In this document: piece after piece, positions 1-9,202 of the stretch | Layout: the number at the start of each line of letters is the position of its first letter | How positions within the stretch are numbered: the first letter of the stretch is position 1 | Assembly (NCBI GenBank): GCA_046483795.1 | Contig: JAWOCM010000091.1 | Coordinates: 1-64,000, forward strand | Source: Desulfuromonadales bacterium | GTDB lineage: Bacteria > Desulfobacterota > Desulfuromonadia > Desulfuromonadales > JAWOCM01 | Direction of reading: 5' to 3' | Length of the DNA stretch: 64,000 nucleotides | Notes under the pieces: model-generated | Database searches by the model: none | The model's input: the letters and a program-made list of their open reading frames with translations, nothing else | Told to the model about the DNA's origin: nothing | Position numbers and translations under genes: made by a program

Positions 1-534
1 CCGCCCCCGCTTAAACAGGGCGTAGTGTTCTCCCGGCTGCGTGGCGCCCAGGTCGCTCATCTCGACGAAAACCTTCTCTGAGGTAGCGATCATGATCCGG
101 TTGTCGACCGTATCGATCAGGATACCGGCATCGTCCAATTCGCTGGTAGCGACGAACCCTTCGCCCCCTTCGGGCACCGGGATTATAACTGGCTCCTCGG
201 CAACCTCCGGTTCTTCGAAGACCTCAATTTCCGGCTCCGCCTCCGCCACGGGCTCGTCCTTCTCTTCCACTGCATAAGCCGGCACCATTTCGATGCGGCC
301 ATCGTAGATATGCAGTTTTTGCCCGGGATATATAAAATGCGGATTTTTCACCATCGGGTTGTTGGCCCACAGACTCGGCCAATAATAAGGATCCTGAATA
401 AAGCGTTGTGAAATCCCCCAGAGAGTATCACCCTTTTTGATAACGTAGATTCTGGGTTCCTCCTCGGCGAGCGCCGCATACGGTCCCAGGAGCATCACCA
501 ACAGAGTCATCAACAATAATTTTTTCAATGTCAT
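1..534 (-). CDS. LysM domain peptidoglycan-binding protein (3' part runs off the window start)
   Basis: Absent from the ORF track because it is open at the window edge. Reverse translation from ATG 534 gives MTLKKLLLMTLLVMLLGPYGALAEEEPRIYVIKKGDTLWGISQRFIQDPYYWPSLWANNPMVKNPHFIYPGQKLHIY... This is a signal peptide followed by a canonical LysM motif. The frame stays open to position 1 (178 codons). Confidence 0.75.
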   Translation of the reverse strand, partial: MTLKKLLLMTLLVMLLGPYAALAEEEPRIYVIKKGDTLWGISQRFIQDPYYWPSLWANNPMVKNPHFIYPGQKLHIYDGRIEMVPAYAVEEKDEPVAEAEPEIEVFEEPEVAEEPVIIPVPEGGEGFVATSELDDAGILIDTVDNRIMIATSEKVFVEMSDLGATQPGEHYALFKRGR

Positions 535-602
535 ACTCCCCACGGTCTAATGTCTGCCGGTCATCTGATCAGCATGCCTGAACTGACGACGGCCTGGTTC
601 CC

Positions 603-1271
603 TCAATGATTTCCACTTTCAAGAGGTCTCTGCGCTGCCTGACTTTCCGGGAATCGTTCTCCCAGAAGTTCCATGATCTGCTCTGCCTGTTCGGGCTGAT
701 CCATGCGATTATAGGACTGAGCGACCTTGAACAACGCTTCGGGCACTTTGCTGTTCTTCGGAAAATTCTCGGCCAGCTTCCGAAACGCGGAAATCGCCTC
801 AGAGTAGTCCTCACGGGAAAAGTGACTTTCCCCCAGCCAGTAGTATGCATTGCCGGCATACCGGCTCCCGGGAAAGTTCTCCACGAACAGTTCGAACCCC
901 TCGATGGCATTGGCGTAATCCCCTGCTGCGTAGGCGGCAAAAGATTTGCGATAAACCTCTGTCGGCGAGAGATCGAGGAGTGCCTCAGCTGCAGCCTCCT
1001 TCTCGTCTCCCTCCGGCTCGACTTCCGCCGGTTCCCGGCGCTCGAGCTTCGCAATGGACTCTCCCTGATCCTCCAGGGTGGCATGGATTTCGTCCAGCTC
1101 GTCGCGAACCTGGGTCAGCTCTGCGGACAGTTCCTCCTGACGGTCTGCCAGCCGTTGAGCCTGCACCGGATCAAGAGACCGGGGGGGAGGAGTCTGGGGC
1201 GCCGCGCAGGCGGCCAGCAAAAAGGTCGTCAGCAGGATAAAAAACGCAGCCTTCTCATTTCTCGAAATCAT
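603..1271 (-). CDS. cpoB: Tol-Pal associated cell division coordinator CpoB/YbgF (coiled coil + TPR)
   Basis: Track ORF 603..1301. I prefer ATG 1271 because it gives a lipoprotein-type signal (MISRNEKAAFFILLTTFLLAAC). An acidic coiled coil is followed by TPR repeats (YRKSFAAYAAGDYANAIEGFELFVENFPGSRYAGNAYYWLGESHF). Confidence 0.75.
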   Translation of the reverse strand: MISRNEKAAFFILLTTFLLAACAAPQTPPPRSLDPVQAQRLADRQEELSAELTQVRDELDEIHATLEDQGESIAKLERREPAEVEPEGDEKEAAAEALLDLSPTEVYRKSFAAYAAGDYANAIEGFELFVENFPGSRYAGNAYYWLGESHFSREDYSEAISAFRKLAENFPKNSKVPEALFKVAQSYNRMDQPEQAEQIMELLGERFPESQAAQRPLESGNH

Positions 1272-1507
1272 AACAGCATCAACCTTCCGATATAAACCCA
1301 TGTTTTTTTACTTTGTTGTTTGGTGACCCGTTTTGAATACGCTGCGCGCAACGGCTCGAAAGACAGCCCACCAGCTTGCTAAAAATTATAGGCTTTTTAG
1401 TTGAGTGTCAAGCGATTAGAAGAAGCCGGCGTCTGCACAAATGGCGGTTTCCCTGATCCAGGGAGCTGTGATATGGTTGCCGAATTCAACAGCCGGGATG
1501 ACATATC

Positions 1508-2722
1508 ATGAACAAACCGGAACTGCTGGCACCGGCCGGCGATCTGGAAAAACTCGCCTGCGCCCTCGATTACGGGGCCGATGCCGTCTATCTCGGCTCC
1601 CGGCGATTCGGTCTGCGGGCCGCAGCCGGCAACTTTTCCCATGACGATCTGATCGCGGCGCGGGAAGCCACATCCAGACGCGGGAAGAAACTTTACCTGA
1701 CTCTCAATGCCTATCTGACGCCTGACGATTTCTCCGCCCTGGAAAAAGATCTGCATAAACTGCGCCATCTGGAGATCGACGCCTACATCGTCTCCGATCC
1801 GGGGGTTCTTTCCGTGATCCGCCGCATCGATCCGGAACGGCCGGTGCATCTCTCCACCCAGGCCAACACGACCAACGCGGCGGCCGTCGATTTCTGGCAC
1901 CGCAACGGCATCAGCAGGGTGAATCTCGCCCGTGAACTGACCATCGGCGACATCCGCGCCATCGGCGCCGGGACCGAAGCCGAAGTGGAGGTTTTCGTGC
2001 ATGGCGCCATGTGCATCGCCTACTCGGGCCGCTGCCTGCTCTCGGCAGCACTGACCGGTCGCAGCGCCAACCAGGGCGCCTGCAGTCATCCCTGCCGCTG
2101 GGGCTACGCCCTGGTCGAGGAAACCCGGCCGGGGCAGTATTTTCCCATCGAAGAGGACTCGCACGGCACCTATATCATGAACAGCCGCGACATCTGCCTG
2201 CTCGGCCGTCTTCCCGAGCTCCTGGCAGCGGGCATCGACAGTCTGAAAATCGAAGGCCGGATGAAAAGCCTCTACTACGTCGCCGCTGTAACCCGCGTCT
2301 ATCGCGCAGCCATCGACCGGTTTTGCGCCGATCCGGCCGAATACACGGCCGATCCCCAGTGGAGCCGGGAACTCGAGATGGTCAGCCACCGTCCCTACGA
2401 CGAGGCGTTTCTCGACGGTCACGACTCGGCCCGGGTCCATGCGGACGATTCAAAGTATATCCGCACCCACGATTTCATCGGAATCGTTCGTGAAACACGA
2501 CCTGACGGCACTGCCGTCGTCGAGGGCCGCAACCGCTTCTTTGCCGGCGAGAACCTGGAACTGATCGGTCCCGGGATGAAAACATTGCCGTTCACGGCCG
2601 GGGAGTTGAAAAATATCGAGGGTGAACCGCTCCGGGCTGGACAACCCAACGCCCGCATTGTCGTGGCGCTGCCGGCCGGCGCGGCGCCGGGCGACCTGCT
2701 CAGAAGAGAGAAGGGGGACTAG
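1508..2722 (+). CDS. U32 family peptidase
   Basis: 404-aa ORF. The N-terminus MNKPELLAPAGDLEKLACALDYGADAVYLG and the later KIEGRMKS motif are typical of peptidase U32 (collagenase-like) proteins. Confidence 0.85.
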   Translation: MNKPELLAPAGDLEKLACALDYGADAVYLGSRRFGLRAAAGNFSHDDLIAAREATSRRGKKLYLTLNAYLTPDDFSALEKDLHKLRHLEIDAYIVSDPGVLSVIRRIDPERPVHLSTQANTTNAAAVDFWHRNGISRVNLARELTIGDIRAIGAGTEAEVEVFVHGAMCIAYSGRCLLSAALTGRSANQGACSHPCRWGYALVEETRPGQYFPIEEDSHGTYIMNSRDICLLGRLPELLAAGIDSLKIEGRMKSLYYVAAVTRVYRAAIDRFCADPAEYTADPQWSRELEMVSHRPYDEAFLDGHDSARVHADDSKYIRTHDFIGIVRETRPDGTAVVEGRNRFFAGENLELIGPGMKTLPFTAGELKNIEGEPLRAGQPNARIVVALPAGAAPGDLLRREKGD

Positions 2723-2925
2723 AAACAGGGACCGCATGTGACCCTGTCGGGCAGAAGGCACGGCCAAAAAGCGGACCCCTTTTGCCGCCTCTGAACAAAA
2801 AACGGCGCGGATATCATCTTTACGGGGTGCGAGGCAATTGGCACCATCCTTGATAGAAACCCTGAAGAGACTCTGGTACAGTACCGATGCTGCCATCCAT
2901 TCAATACAACATACGGAGGTTCACC

Positions 2926-3678
2926 ATGAAACGCCTGTTTTTGACAATCCTGATCCTGGCCGCTTTCACCGGCACAGCCGTCGCAGACAACGACATCGAT
3001 TTCGGCGGCAATGTTGATCTTATCAACCAGAACTTCGGCGATATCGTTCGCGAAGCGGGCATCATCACCGCCTACCGCGGGATCGCCCCGGCCGAACCGC
3101 TCGGTATTCTCGGTTTCGATATCGGCGTGGAGTCCAGCTTCGTCGACATCGAAACCTCGACCTGGGAACCGGTCATCGATGCCGGCACGTCCGATCCGCC
3201 GAGCGTCCTGCCGATTCCGCGAATCCACGTGCGCAAGGGCCTGCCATTTAATGTCGATGTCGGTGCCAGCTACGCCTCTGTGCCCGACTCGAACATCGAG
3301 ATCCTGGGTGGCGAAGTGCAATGGGCGCTGCTCGAAGGCACCATGGCCACGCCGGCCCTTTCGATGCGCGGCCATTACAGCACCCTGGAGGGTGTCGACG
3401 ATCTCGATGTCGAGACCTACGGCGTGGATGCGCTGGTCAGCAAGGGGTTTACCATGCTCACCCCCTATGCCGGCGTCGGCATCCTGGAGATCGACGGCAA
3501 ATACACCGGGGATGAGCTAGACTTTCTCTCAGGCTCGTTCAAGCTGGAAGACCAGTCGAAAACGGAAACGCGCTATTTCGGCGGCATGCAGATCTCCCTG
3601 GCTATGCTGGCCCTGACCGTGGAAGCCGAATATTCGGACATCCCTGTTTACTCTGCCAAGCTCAGCTTCAACTGGTAG
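2926..3678 (+). CDS. Outer-membrane beta-barrel protein, function unknown
   Basis: Track ORF 2887..3678. ATG 2926 is preceded by GGAGG. It has a signal peptide (MKRLFLTILILAAFTGTAVA), alternating beta-strand patterns and a C-terminal aromatic residue (LSFNW). Confidence 0.6.
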   Translation: MKRLFLTILILAAFTGTAVADNDIDFGGNVDLINQNFGDIVREAGIITAYRGIAPAEPLGILGFDIGVESSFVDIETSTWEPVIDAGTSDPPSVLPIPRIHVRKGLPFNVDVGASYASVPDSNIEILGGEVQWALLEGTMATPALSMRGHYSTLEGVDDLDVETYGVDALVSKGFTMLTPYAGVGILEIDGKYTGDELDFLSGSFKLEDQSKTETRYFGGMQISLAMLALTVEAEYSDIPVYSAKLSFNW

Positions 3679-3720
3679 GTGCAAACCAATTATTGATGGT
3701 TCTCGTCAAAACTCTGTGAA

Positions 3721-3847
3721 TGGCTAAGCAAAAATTTCGTCCCACAAGGCAGTGGTGGTTTTTCAGGGGCGAAGGCATACATCAGGTATGTCGATGTCCT
3801 GAAAAAACGCCGTAACGCCGTGGGGCGGACTTTTTGCGACGCCATCA
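3721..3847 (+). repeat. Hairpin MITE-like element, family A, copy 1
   Basis: About 93% identical to 9500..9625 by hand alignment. About 47-nt imperfect terminal inverted repeats (TGGCTAAGCAAAAATTTCG... versus the reverse complement of ...GGACTTTTTGCGACGCCA) surround a central CATAC-N5-GTATG stem. Confidence 0.85.
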
Positions 3848-5368
3848 TCTGTCGATCTTTTCAGGTCCCTTCACGATCGCCCGGCCCGATGCCTGGCCGA
3901 TGCCCCGCAGCATGCCGTTGAAAATGAAATAATGAAAGGGGTAGACCGCTCCCCAGTAAAGAAGCCCCGCAAGGCCCCGCGGCCAGAAACGTCCCCGCTG
4001 GCGCAGCTCGACGGTTCGGTCCTCGTTCTCGCGAAGGGTCAGCTCCAGTGTCGCCTGACCGGGCAGCTTCATCTCGGCGACCAGCAGCAGCCGGTAAGGC
4101 TTGTCGACTGCAGCGACGCGCCAGAAATCGAGAGCGTCGCCGGTATGCAGATCCCGGTCGTGACGCCGGCCGCGACCGAGTCCGACGCCGCCGAAAACCC
4201 GGTCCAGAACGCCGCGAAGCTTCCACAGCCAGTTGGCGTAGTACCAGCCGGTGCGTCCTCCGATGGCGAGGATGGCAGGCCAGATCTCTTCAGCGGTACC
4301 GCTCAACACCGCCCGGCGATGGTCATCGAACACCTTGCCGCCGGCCCAGGGCGGATCTTCGGCCGTGTCCCATTCGACCAGGGTACCGGCATCGGTCCAG
4401 CGGCTTTCCACCTGCTGCTGACGGATCCGGTCGAGCGCAAGACGGATCGTCATGCGGCAGTCGAGCAGGTGTTGCGGTACCAGTTCGCGGATCCGCGTAT
4501 CGCGGCAGACGACAGGATTGCGCAGCCCCTCGGCGAGGGGGCGGGCCAGGGCGGCCGGTACCGGCGTCACCAGGTGAATCCAGTAGGAACTCAGCCGAGG
4601 CGTCAGCACCGGCACCGGGATGATCAGGCGACGGCGCAGTCCGGCCTCCTCTGCATATATCTGCATGAGCTTGCGGTAGGTGATAACCTCTTTTTGACCG
4701 ATATCGAACGTCCCGCCTGCGGTTTCGGGTTTATCGAGACAACCGACCAGGTAGCCCAGCACGTTGCGGATGCCGATCGGCTGGCAGGGGGTATCGACCC
4801 ATCGCGGGGTGATCATCACCGGCAGGCGATCCACCAGGTATCGCAGGATCTCAAAAGAAGCGCTTCCCGAACCGATAATCATCGCCGCCCGCAATACGGT
4901 GACCGGGACCTCTCCGCTAGCCAGGAGCCGGGCCACCTCAAGGCGCGATTTCAGGTGATGGCTGAGCTCCTCGCCCTCCTCCCCCAGCCCGCCAAGATAG
5001 ACGATCCGCTCCATCTGGGCCGACTCGGCAGCCGCCGCCATGTTCCGGGCCGCTTCTGCGTCGGTATCGGCAAAATCCTTGACGCCGGGGTGCATTGAAT
5101 GCACCAGGTAATAGACCGCAAAACAGCCACTGCAGGCCTGCTCGAGTGAGGATGGATCGAAGAGATCGCCGGCGACGATCTCGACATGCGGATGATCGGA
5201 CCAGGAACGGGACTGCAGCTTGGCCGGTGTGCGCGCCATCGCGCGAACGCTGTAGCCCGCCTCGAGCAGACGCGGCACCAGTCGTCCGCCGACATAACCG
5301 CTCGCCCCTGTCACCAGAACAGGTGCTTTCTTCTTTCCTTCATTTCCGCCGGTTTTCTCTGTTTCCAT
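3845..5368 (-). CDS. SDR/NmrA-type NAD(P)-binding protein with C-terminal DUF2867-like domain
   Basis: Track ORF 3845..5398. ATG 5368 (METEK...) has an AAGGGAGAG Shine-Dalgarno sequence. It carries a Rossmann motif (VLVTGASGYVGGRLV). The C-terminal half (WYYANWLWKLRGVLDRVFGGVGLGRGRR) resembles DUF2867. Confidence 0.75.
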   Translation of the reverse strand: METEKTGGNEGKKKAPVLVTGASGYVGGRLVPRLLEAGYSVRAMARTPAKLQSRSWSDHPHVEIVAGDLFDPSSLEQACSGCFAVYYLVHSMHPGVKDFADTDAEAARNMAAAAESAQMERIVYLGGLGEEGEELSHHLKSRLEVARLLASGEVPVTVLRAAMIIGSGSASFEILRYLVDRLPVMITPRWVDTPCQPIGIRNVLGYLVGCLDKPETAGGTFDIGQKEVITYRKLMQIYAEEAGLRRRLIIPVPVLTPRLSSYWIHLVTPVPAALARPLAEGLRNPVVCRDTRIRELVPQHLLDCRMTIRLALDRIRQQQVESRWTDAGTLVEWDTAEDPPWAGGKVFDDHRRAVLSGTAEEIWPAILAIGGRTGWYYANWLWKLRGVLDRVFGGVGLGRGRRHDRDLHTGDALDFWRVAAVDKPYRLLLVAEMKLPGQATLELTLRENEDRTVELRQRGRFWPRGLAGLLYWGAVYPFHYFIFNGMLRGIGQASGRAIVKGPEKIDR

Positions 5369-5444
5369 TCCACTCTCCCTTGTTTTCAGCGGTGCCATGC
5401 GCTAACTTTATGGCCGGATCATCATCGAAACAGGATCATCGCAA

Positions 5445-6332
5445 ATGAACCAGTCCAGACATATCAAACTCATCGCCAATCCCGTTTCCGGGGGTAATGC
5501 CCTCAGGAGAATCTATCACATCCGCCAGCTTATGGAAGAGCGCGGCACGTGCGTCGACCTCTTTTTGACGGAAGCCCCCGGCGATGCCGAGAAAGCTGCG
5601 GGCGCCGCCCGTTCGGAAGGGTTCGATCGGATCATAGCCGCCGGCGGCGACGGAACCCTCAACGAGGTCGTCAACGGCATGGCTCCCTGCGAGATTCCCC
5701 TCGCCTTCATCCCGCTGGGCACCACCAACGTCTTCGCGCTGGAAGCCGGCATCCCCTTCGACCTCGAGCGCGCCTTCGACATCGCTCTGCAGGGCGAAGC
5801 ACGACCGGTCTGTCTCGGCCGCGCGGCGGATCGGCTTTTCCTTCTCATGGCCGGCGTCGGCTTCGACGCCGAAGTGGTGCGAAGCGTCAGTCCGGCGCTT
5901 AAAAGGCGCGTCGGCAAGGGCGCCTACCTCTGGAGTGGCCTCAAGGTTTTTGCAGCGTCGACCACCAGTCCCATCCAGATCGAACTTCCCGACGGTGAGA
6001 CGCACACTGGCTACAGTGCCATTGTCGGAAACGGTCGCTATTATGCCGGTCGCTTCTCCCTGACCCCCGGAGCCTCCCTGTTCGACGACGGTTTCGAAGT
6101 CTTCCTGCTTCGCCGCCCCGGTCGCCTCAACCTGCTGCGCATGATCTGGTCCATGCTTCTGCGACGCCGACCGCCCGAGTCGCTTGCTTTGACCTTGAAC
6201 ACCAGGCACCTGAGAATCAGCGGGGACGACCTTCCGGTGCAGCTGGACGGCGACCCCTTCACCACCCTGCCGGTCGATTTTTCCGCCGAATTCGGGAAAA
6301 TCGCCATGGTCTTTCCGAGGAGCGAGCCGTGA
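5445..6332 (+). CDS. YegS/BmrU family lipid (diacylglycerol-type) kinase
   Basis: 295 aa with the DAGK catalytic-domain motif IIAAGGDGTLNEVVNG. The stop overlaps the next start (GTGA). Confidence 0.85.
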   Translation: MNQSRHIKLIANPVSGGNALRRIYHIRQLMEERGTCVDLFLTEAPGDAEKAAGAARSEGFDRIIAAGGDGTLNEVVNGMAPCEIPLAFIPLGTTNVFALEAGIPFDLERAFDIALQGEARPVCLGRAADRLFLLMAGVGFDAEVVRSVSPALKRRVGKGAYLWSGLKVFAASTTSPIQIELPDGETHTGYSAIVGNGRYYAGRFSLTPGASLFDDGFEVFLLRRPGRLNLLRMIWSMLLRRRPPESLALTLNTRHLRISGDDLPVQLDGDPFTTLPVDFSAEFGKIAMVFPRSEP

Positions 6333-6868
6333 CCGAGAATGGGACGATTTACAACGGGCGTATCATCCATCTGAAAATCGAAAATCACCGGCTGCCCGAC
6401 GGGCGCGAGGCCGCTTTCGAGATCGTCCGCCATCCCGGCGGCGCTGCCGTGCTTCCGGTGCTCGATGACGGCCGTCTGGTGCTGATTCGTCAATACCGGG
6501 CGCCGGTGGGGCGGATTGTCCTGGAGATCCCTGCCGGCAAACTCGACGGCGGCGAGCCGCCCTCTCAATGCGCGGAGCGGGAACTGATCGAGGAGACCGG
6601 CTACCGGGCCGGCCGCCTTGAGAAACTGGGCGAGATGCTCACTGCCGTCGGCTTCTGCGACGAGCTGTTGCATCTCTACCTGGCGTCGGAACTCAGTGCC
6701 GTGGATCGAGCCCTGGAACCGGACGAGTTCATCGAAACGGTGATCATTCCGGCCGGGGAGGCCTTCAATCTCGTCGACCGCGGAGAGATCACCGACGGAA
6801 AGACCCAGCTGGTCCTGCTTATGTATCGACAACAGCTGCAGAACAAGGATCAAGGACGCCGGACATGA
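6329..6868 (+). CDS. nudF: NUDIX hydrolase, ADP-ribose pyrophosphatase type
   Basis: 179 aa with a Nudix box (GKLDGGEPPSQCAERELIEETGY). The GTG start overlaps the upstream stop, and its own stop overlaps the nudC ATG. Confidence 0.8.
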   Translation: MTENGTIYNGRIIHLKIENHRLPDGREAAFEIVRHPGGAAVLPVLDDGRLVLIRQYRAPVGRIVLEIPAGKLDGGEPPSQCAERELIEETGYRAGRLEKLGEMLTAVGFCDELLHLYLASELSAVDRALEPDEFIETVIIPAGEAFNLVDRGEITDGKTQLVLLMYRQQLQNKDQGRRT

Positions 6869-7737
6869 ACCCTCTGCCCCAATGCTACCCTTCTCCTCGG
6901 CATCTGCCCTTCAACGCCGAATCGGTCAAAAACGATTTCATCCTGGAAACGCCCGAACACGCCCCGAAGGACGATGTCGGAGCCTGGGTGCTGCTGCAGG
7001 GAACCCGCCTGGTGCTGTATGAAGATTCCGGGGGACCGGCTCTACCGCTGGGGGAACTCCCAGATTTCGCCGCCGCCACCGGTCGGACGCCGGTATTCAT
7101 CGGCACATGGAAAGGTTCAGCCTGCACGGCCATGGCGCTTCCCGGCTCCCTGGAGCTTCCTCCGGGATATGTCTTCGAAAACATTCTGAGCAGCGAACCC
7201 CGCATCGGCATCGAGTTGCTCTCACTGGCTGGAGTCGCCGGCCAGATCCTGCACTGGGAGAAGAACAGCCGTTTCTGCTCGCGCTGCGGCGGCGCTATGG
7301 ACCGTTTGCCGGGTGAGTGGGGAAAGAAGTGCCGCGAATGCGACTATGCCCATTTCCCCCACATCCATCCCTGCGTCATTGTGATCGTGAGACGCGAGGG
7401 AGAGGTCCTGCTGACCCGCAAGGCCGCCTGGCCCGAGGGTCGATACAGCCTGGTGGCGGGTTTTCTCGATTTCGGCGAATGCCTCGAGGAGGCGGTAACG
7501 CGCGAGGTGCGCGAAGAGACAGGCCTCGAAATCGACAATGTGCGCTACATCGGCAGCCAGGCCTGGCCTTTTCCGAGCCAGTTGATGGCCGGTTTCGTCG
7601 CAGACTGGACCGGAGGAGAAATCGTGGTGGAGGAAGCCGAACTGGAGGATGCCCGGTGGTTCGCCGTCGACGATCTGCCCGCCCTGCCGCCGAAGCGAAG
7701 CATTGCACGATATCTTATCGATACCTACGCGACATAG
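6865..7737 (+). CDS. nudC: NAD(+) diphosphatase / NADH pyrophosphatase NudC
   Basis: 290 aa. A zinc ribbon (CSRCGGAMDRLPGEWGKKCRECD) is followed by a Nudix box (GFLDFGECLEEAVTREVREETG). Confidence 0.85.
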   Translation: MNPLPQCYPSPRHLPFNAESVKNDFILETPEHAPKDDVGAWVLLQGTRLVLYEDSGGPALPLGELPDFAAATGRTPVFIGTWKGSACTAMALPGSLELPPGYVFENILSSEPRIGIELLSLAGVAGQILHWEKNSRFCSRCGGAMDRLPGEWGKKCRECDYAHFPHIHPCVIVIVRREGEVLLTRKAAWPEGRYSLVAGFLDFGECLEEAVTREVREETGLEIDNVRYIGSQAWPFPSQLMAGFVADWTGGEIVVEEAELEDARWFAVDDLPALPPKRSIARYLIDTYAT

Positions 7738-7749
7738 CACGTGCAACCT

Positions 7750-7890
7750 CTCTAACGCAAAGTCGCAAAGGGGGCAAAGCCGCAACGAAAACCGTACTAA
7801 CACACAAGCGACTTTCTTTGCGTCATGCTTTCAATCTTTGCGTCTTTGCGTTGAGACGAGCTTCTTTTGGATTATAAGTCCGTTAAAAAT
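7750..7890 (-). repeat. Hairpin element, family C (ACGCAAAG words), one-ended copy
   Basis: The reverse complement of 7805..7890 is about 90% identical to 32418..32505 (TTTTTAA..GACTTATAA.CCAAAAGAAG.TCGTCTCAACGCAAAGACGCAAAGATTGAAA.CATGACGCAAAGAAAG). The opposite arm (CTAACGCAAAGTCGCAAAGGGGGCAAAGCC) pairs with CTTTGCG words. The far terminus is missing next to the nudC stop. Confidence 0.75.
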
Positions 7891-7910
7891 TTTGCGAGCG
7901 ATCATTGAAT

Positions 7911-9017
7911 TCAGGGGTTGTAAGGTTCCCACGGCAGGTCCAGGGCCTCTGCGACCGCTTCGTTGCACAGCGTGCCGTCGAAGGTGTTAATGCCTCGCCT
8001 CAGGGCTTCGTCGCCTCGGGCCGCTTCAGACAGGCCCAGATCGGCGATCCGCCGCAGGTAAGGCAAAGTGCGGTTGGTCAGGGCGAAGGTGCTGGTGCGG
8101 CTGACGGCGCCCGGCATGTTGGCCACGCCGTAATGCAGGACACCGTGAACTGAGAAAACGGGGTTGTCAGGGGTGGTGGCACGACTCGTTTCCACACAGC
8201 CGCCCTGGTCGACGGCCACATCGACCATGACGCTCCCGGCTCTCATCCGCGACACCAGCTCGCGCGACACCAGTATGGGCGCCCTGGCCCCGGCCACCAG
8301 AACTGCGCCGATCACAAGGTCTGCGGCGGCGACCTCGTCCTCGATATTCCGGGGATTGGAGATAAGTGTCCGGATGCGGTTGTGGAAACGATCTTCCAGG
8401 TGGCCCAGTACCGACGGGTCGGTGTCGAGAACCGTCACATCGGCTCCCATGCCGACGGCGATGCGCAGGGCATTGCTGCCCACCGTACCGCCGCCGATTA
8501 TGACAACCTTGCCCCGCCTGACCCCCGGGACCCCCGAGAGCAGCACCCCACGGCCGCCGTTCTCCTTCTGCAGAAAATGGGCTCCGGCCTGGACCGACAG
8601 ACGGCCGGCCACTTCGCTCATCGGCTGGAGAAGAGGCAGAGAACCGTTATCGAGCTGGACCGTTTCGTAGGCGACTCCGGTGACGCCGCTGTCGAGCAGC
8701 GCCCGCGTCAGCTCCGGAGCCGGTGCCAGGTGCAGAAAGGTGAACAGGATCTGCCCCGGGCGAAGCAGGTCGTATTCGGAGGGAAGCGGTTCCTTGACCT
8801 TGACGATCGTCTCGGCTTCGGCATAAACTTTTCCGGCATCGCCGACCAGGCGGGCCCCTGCCTGTCTGAATTCGTCATCGCCGATATCGCTGCCCTCTCC
8901 GGCACCGCTCTGGACGATCACGACATGCCCTGCTTCGACCAGTTCGCGGGCTCCGGCCGGAGCCATGCCGATCCGGTATTCATGTCTTTTTATTTCTTTC
9001 GGAACTCCGATGACCAT
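7911..9017 (-). CDS. ald: Alanine dehydrogenase
   Basis: Track ORF 7911..9032. ATG 9017 gives the canonical N-terminus [22 protein letters not shown]. An NAD-binding motif ([13 protein letters not shown]) is present. Confidence 0.9.
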   Translation of the reverse strand: MVIGVPKEIKRHEYRIGMAPAGARELVEAGHVVIVQSGAGEGSDIGDDEFRQAGARLVGDAGKVYAEAETIVKVKEPLPSEYDLLRPGQILFTFLHLAPAPELTRALLDSGVTGVAYETVQLDNGSLPLLQPMSEVAGRLSVQAGAHFLQKENGGRGVLLSGVPGVRRGKVVIIGGGTVGSNALRIAVGMGADVTVLDTDPSVLGHLEDRFHNRIRTLISNPRNIEDEVAAADLVIGAVLVAGARAPILVSRELVSRMRAGSVMVDVAVDQGGCVETSRATTPDNPVFSVHGVLHYGVANMPGAVSRTSTFALTNRTLPYLRRIADLGLSEAARGDEALRRGINTFDGTLCNEAVAEALDLPWEPYNP

Positions 9018-9090
9018 GAGTACGCCGCCCATTGTGAGGGGTCAGAGCGATAAGCCCCTAAAAAAATCTTTTCAGAAATCACCAGAACTT

Positions 9091-9130
9091 CTTCGTGTCT
9101 TTGTGGCTTGGTGGTAGATTCAGGATTATT
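9091..9130 (-). repeat. Degenerate half copy of family B element
   Basis: CTTCGTGTCTTTGTGGCTTGGTGGTAGATTCAGGATTATT aligns with the right half of 20715..20844 (TTTGTGTCTTGGTGTCTTGGTGGTGGATTTTCGGTTTTTT). Confidence 0.5.
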
Positions 9131-9202
9131 TATCAATCCCGTCAATCAAAGTTTAGCAGATCCGCACCATATGTGCAGTAAACCGTGGGAAAGGGGCCAT
9201 CC

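Noticed and set aside
1397-2440. Long antisense or alternative-frame ORFs in the six-frame track. Examples: 1397..2440(-), 3932..5098(+), 10479..11861(+), 14809..16539(-), 17464..18648(-), 18661..19716(-), 41679..42593(+), 53662..54729(+), 57350..58924(+), 46670..47530(-).
   Set aside because: Each lies opposite to, or out of frame with, a gene that has clear family motifs. Their translations are Arg/Gly/Pro/Ala-rich low-complexity sequence, typical of shadow ORFs in about 60% GC DNA, and none has a recognisable domain.
2839-2853. TGGCAC-N5-TTGAT, a sigma54-like -24/-12 element about 75 nt upstream of the outer-membrane protein gene at 2926.
   Set aside because: The -12 element is TTGA rather than TTGC, there is no enhancer-binding protein gene nearby, and it is a single occurrence. 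This is too weak to call without a position weight matrix scan.
3713-3855. Possible target-site duplications for family A: TCTGTGAA / TCTGTCGA around copy 1 and CGGTGGA / CGGTGGT near copy 2.
   Set aside because: They are imperfect (6 of 8 matches) and not at equivalent distances from the element end in the two copies. Weak homology between the copies also continues about 25 nt to the left of the core, so the true left boundary is uncertain.
7750-7860. ACGCAAAG / GGGGCAAAGCC words in family C, which resemble the GGGACGCAAAGCC core of c-di-GMP-I (GEMM-I) riboswitches common in Geobacter relatives.
   Set aside because: I could not find the P1/P2 two-hairpin architecture, the GNRA tetraloop or a receptor. 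The words occur as tandem repeats on both arms of a transposon-like inverted repeat and in both orientations relative to genes. An Infernal scan with RF01051 would settle it.
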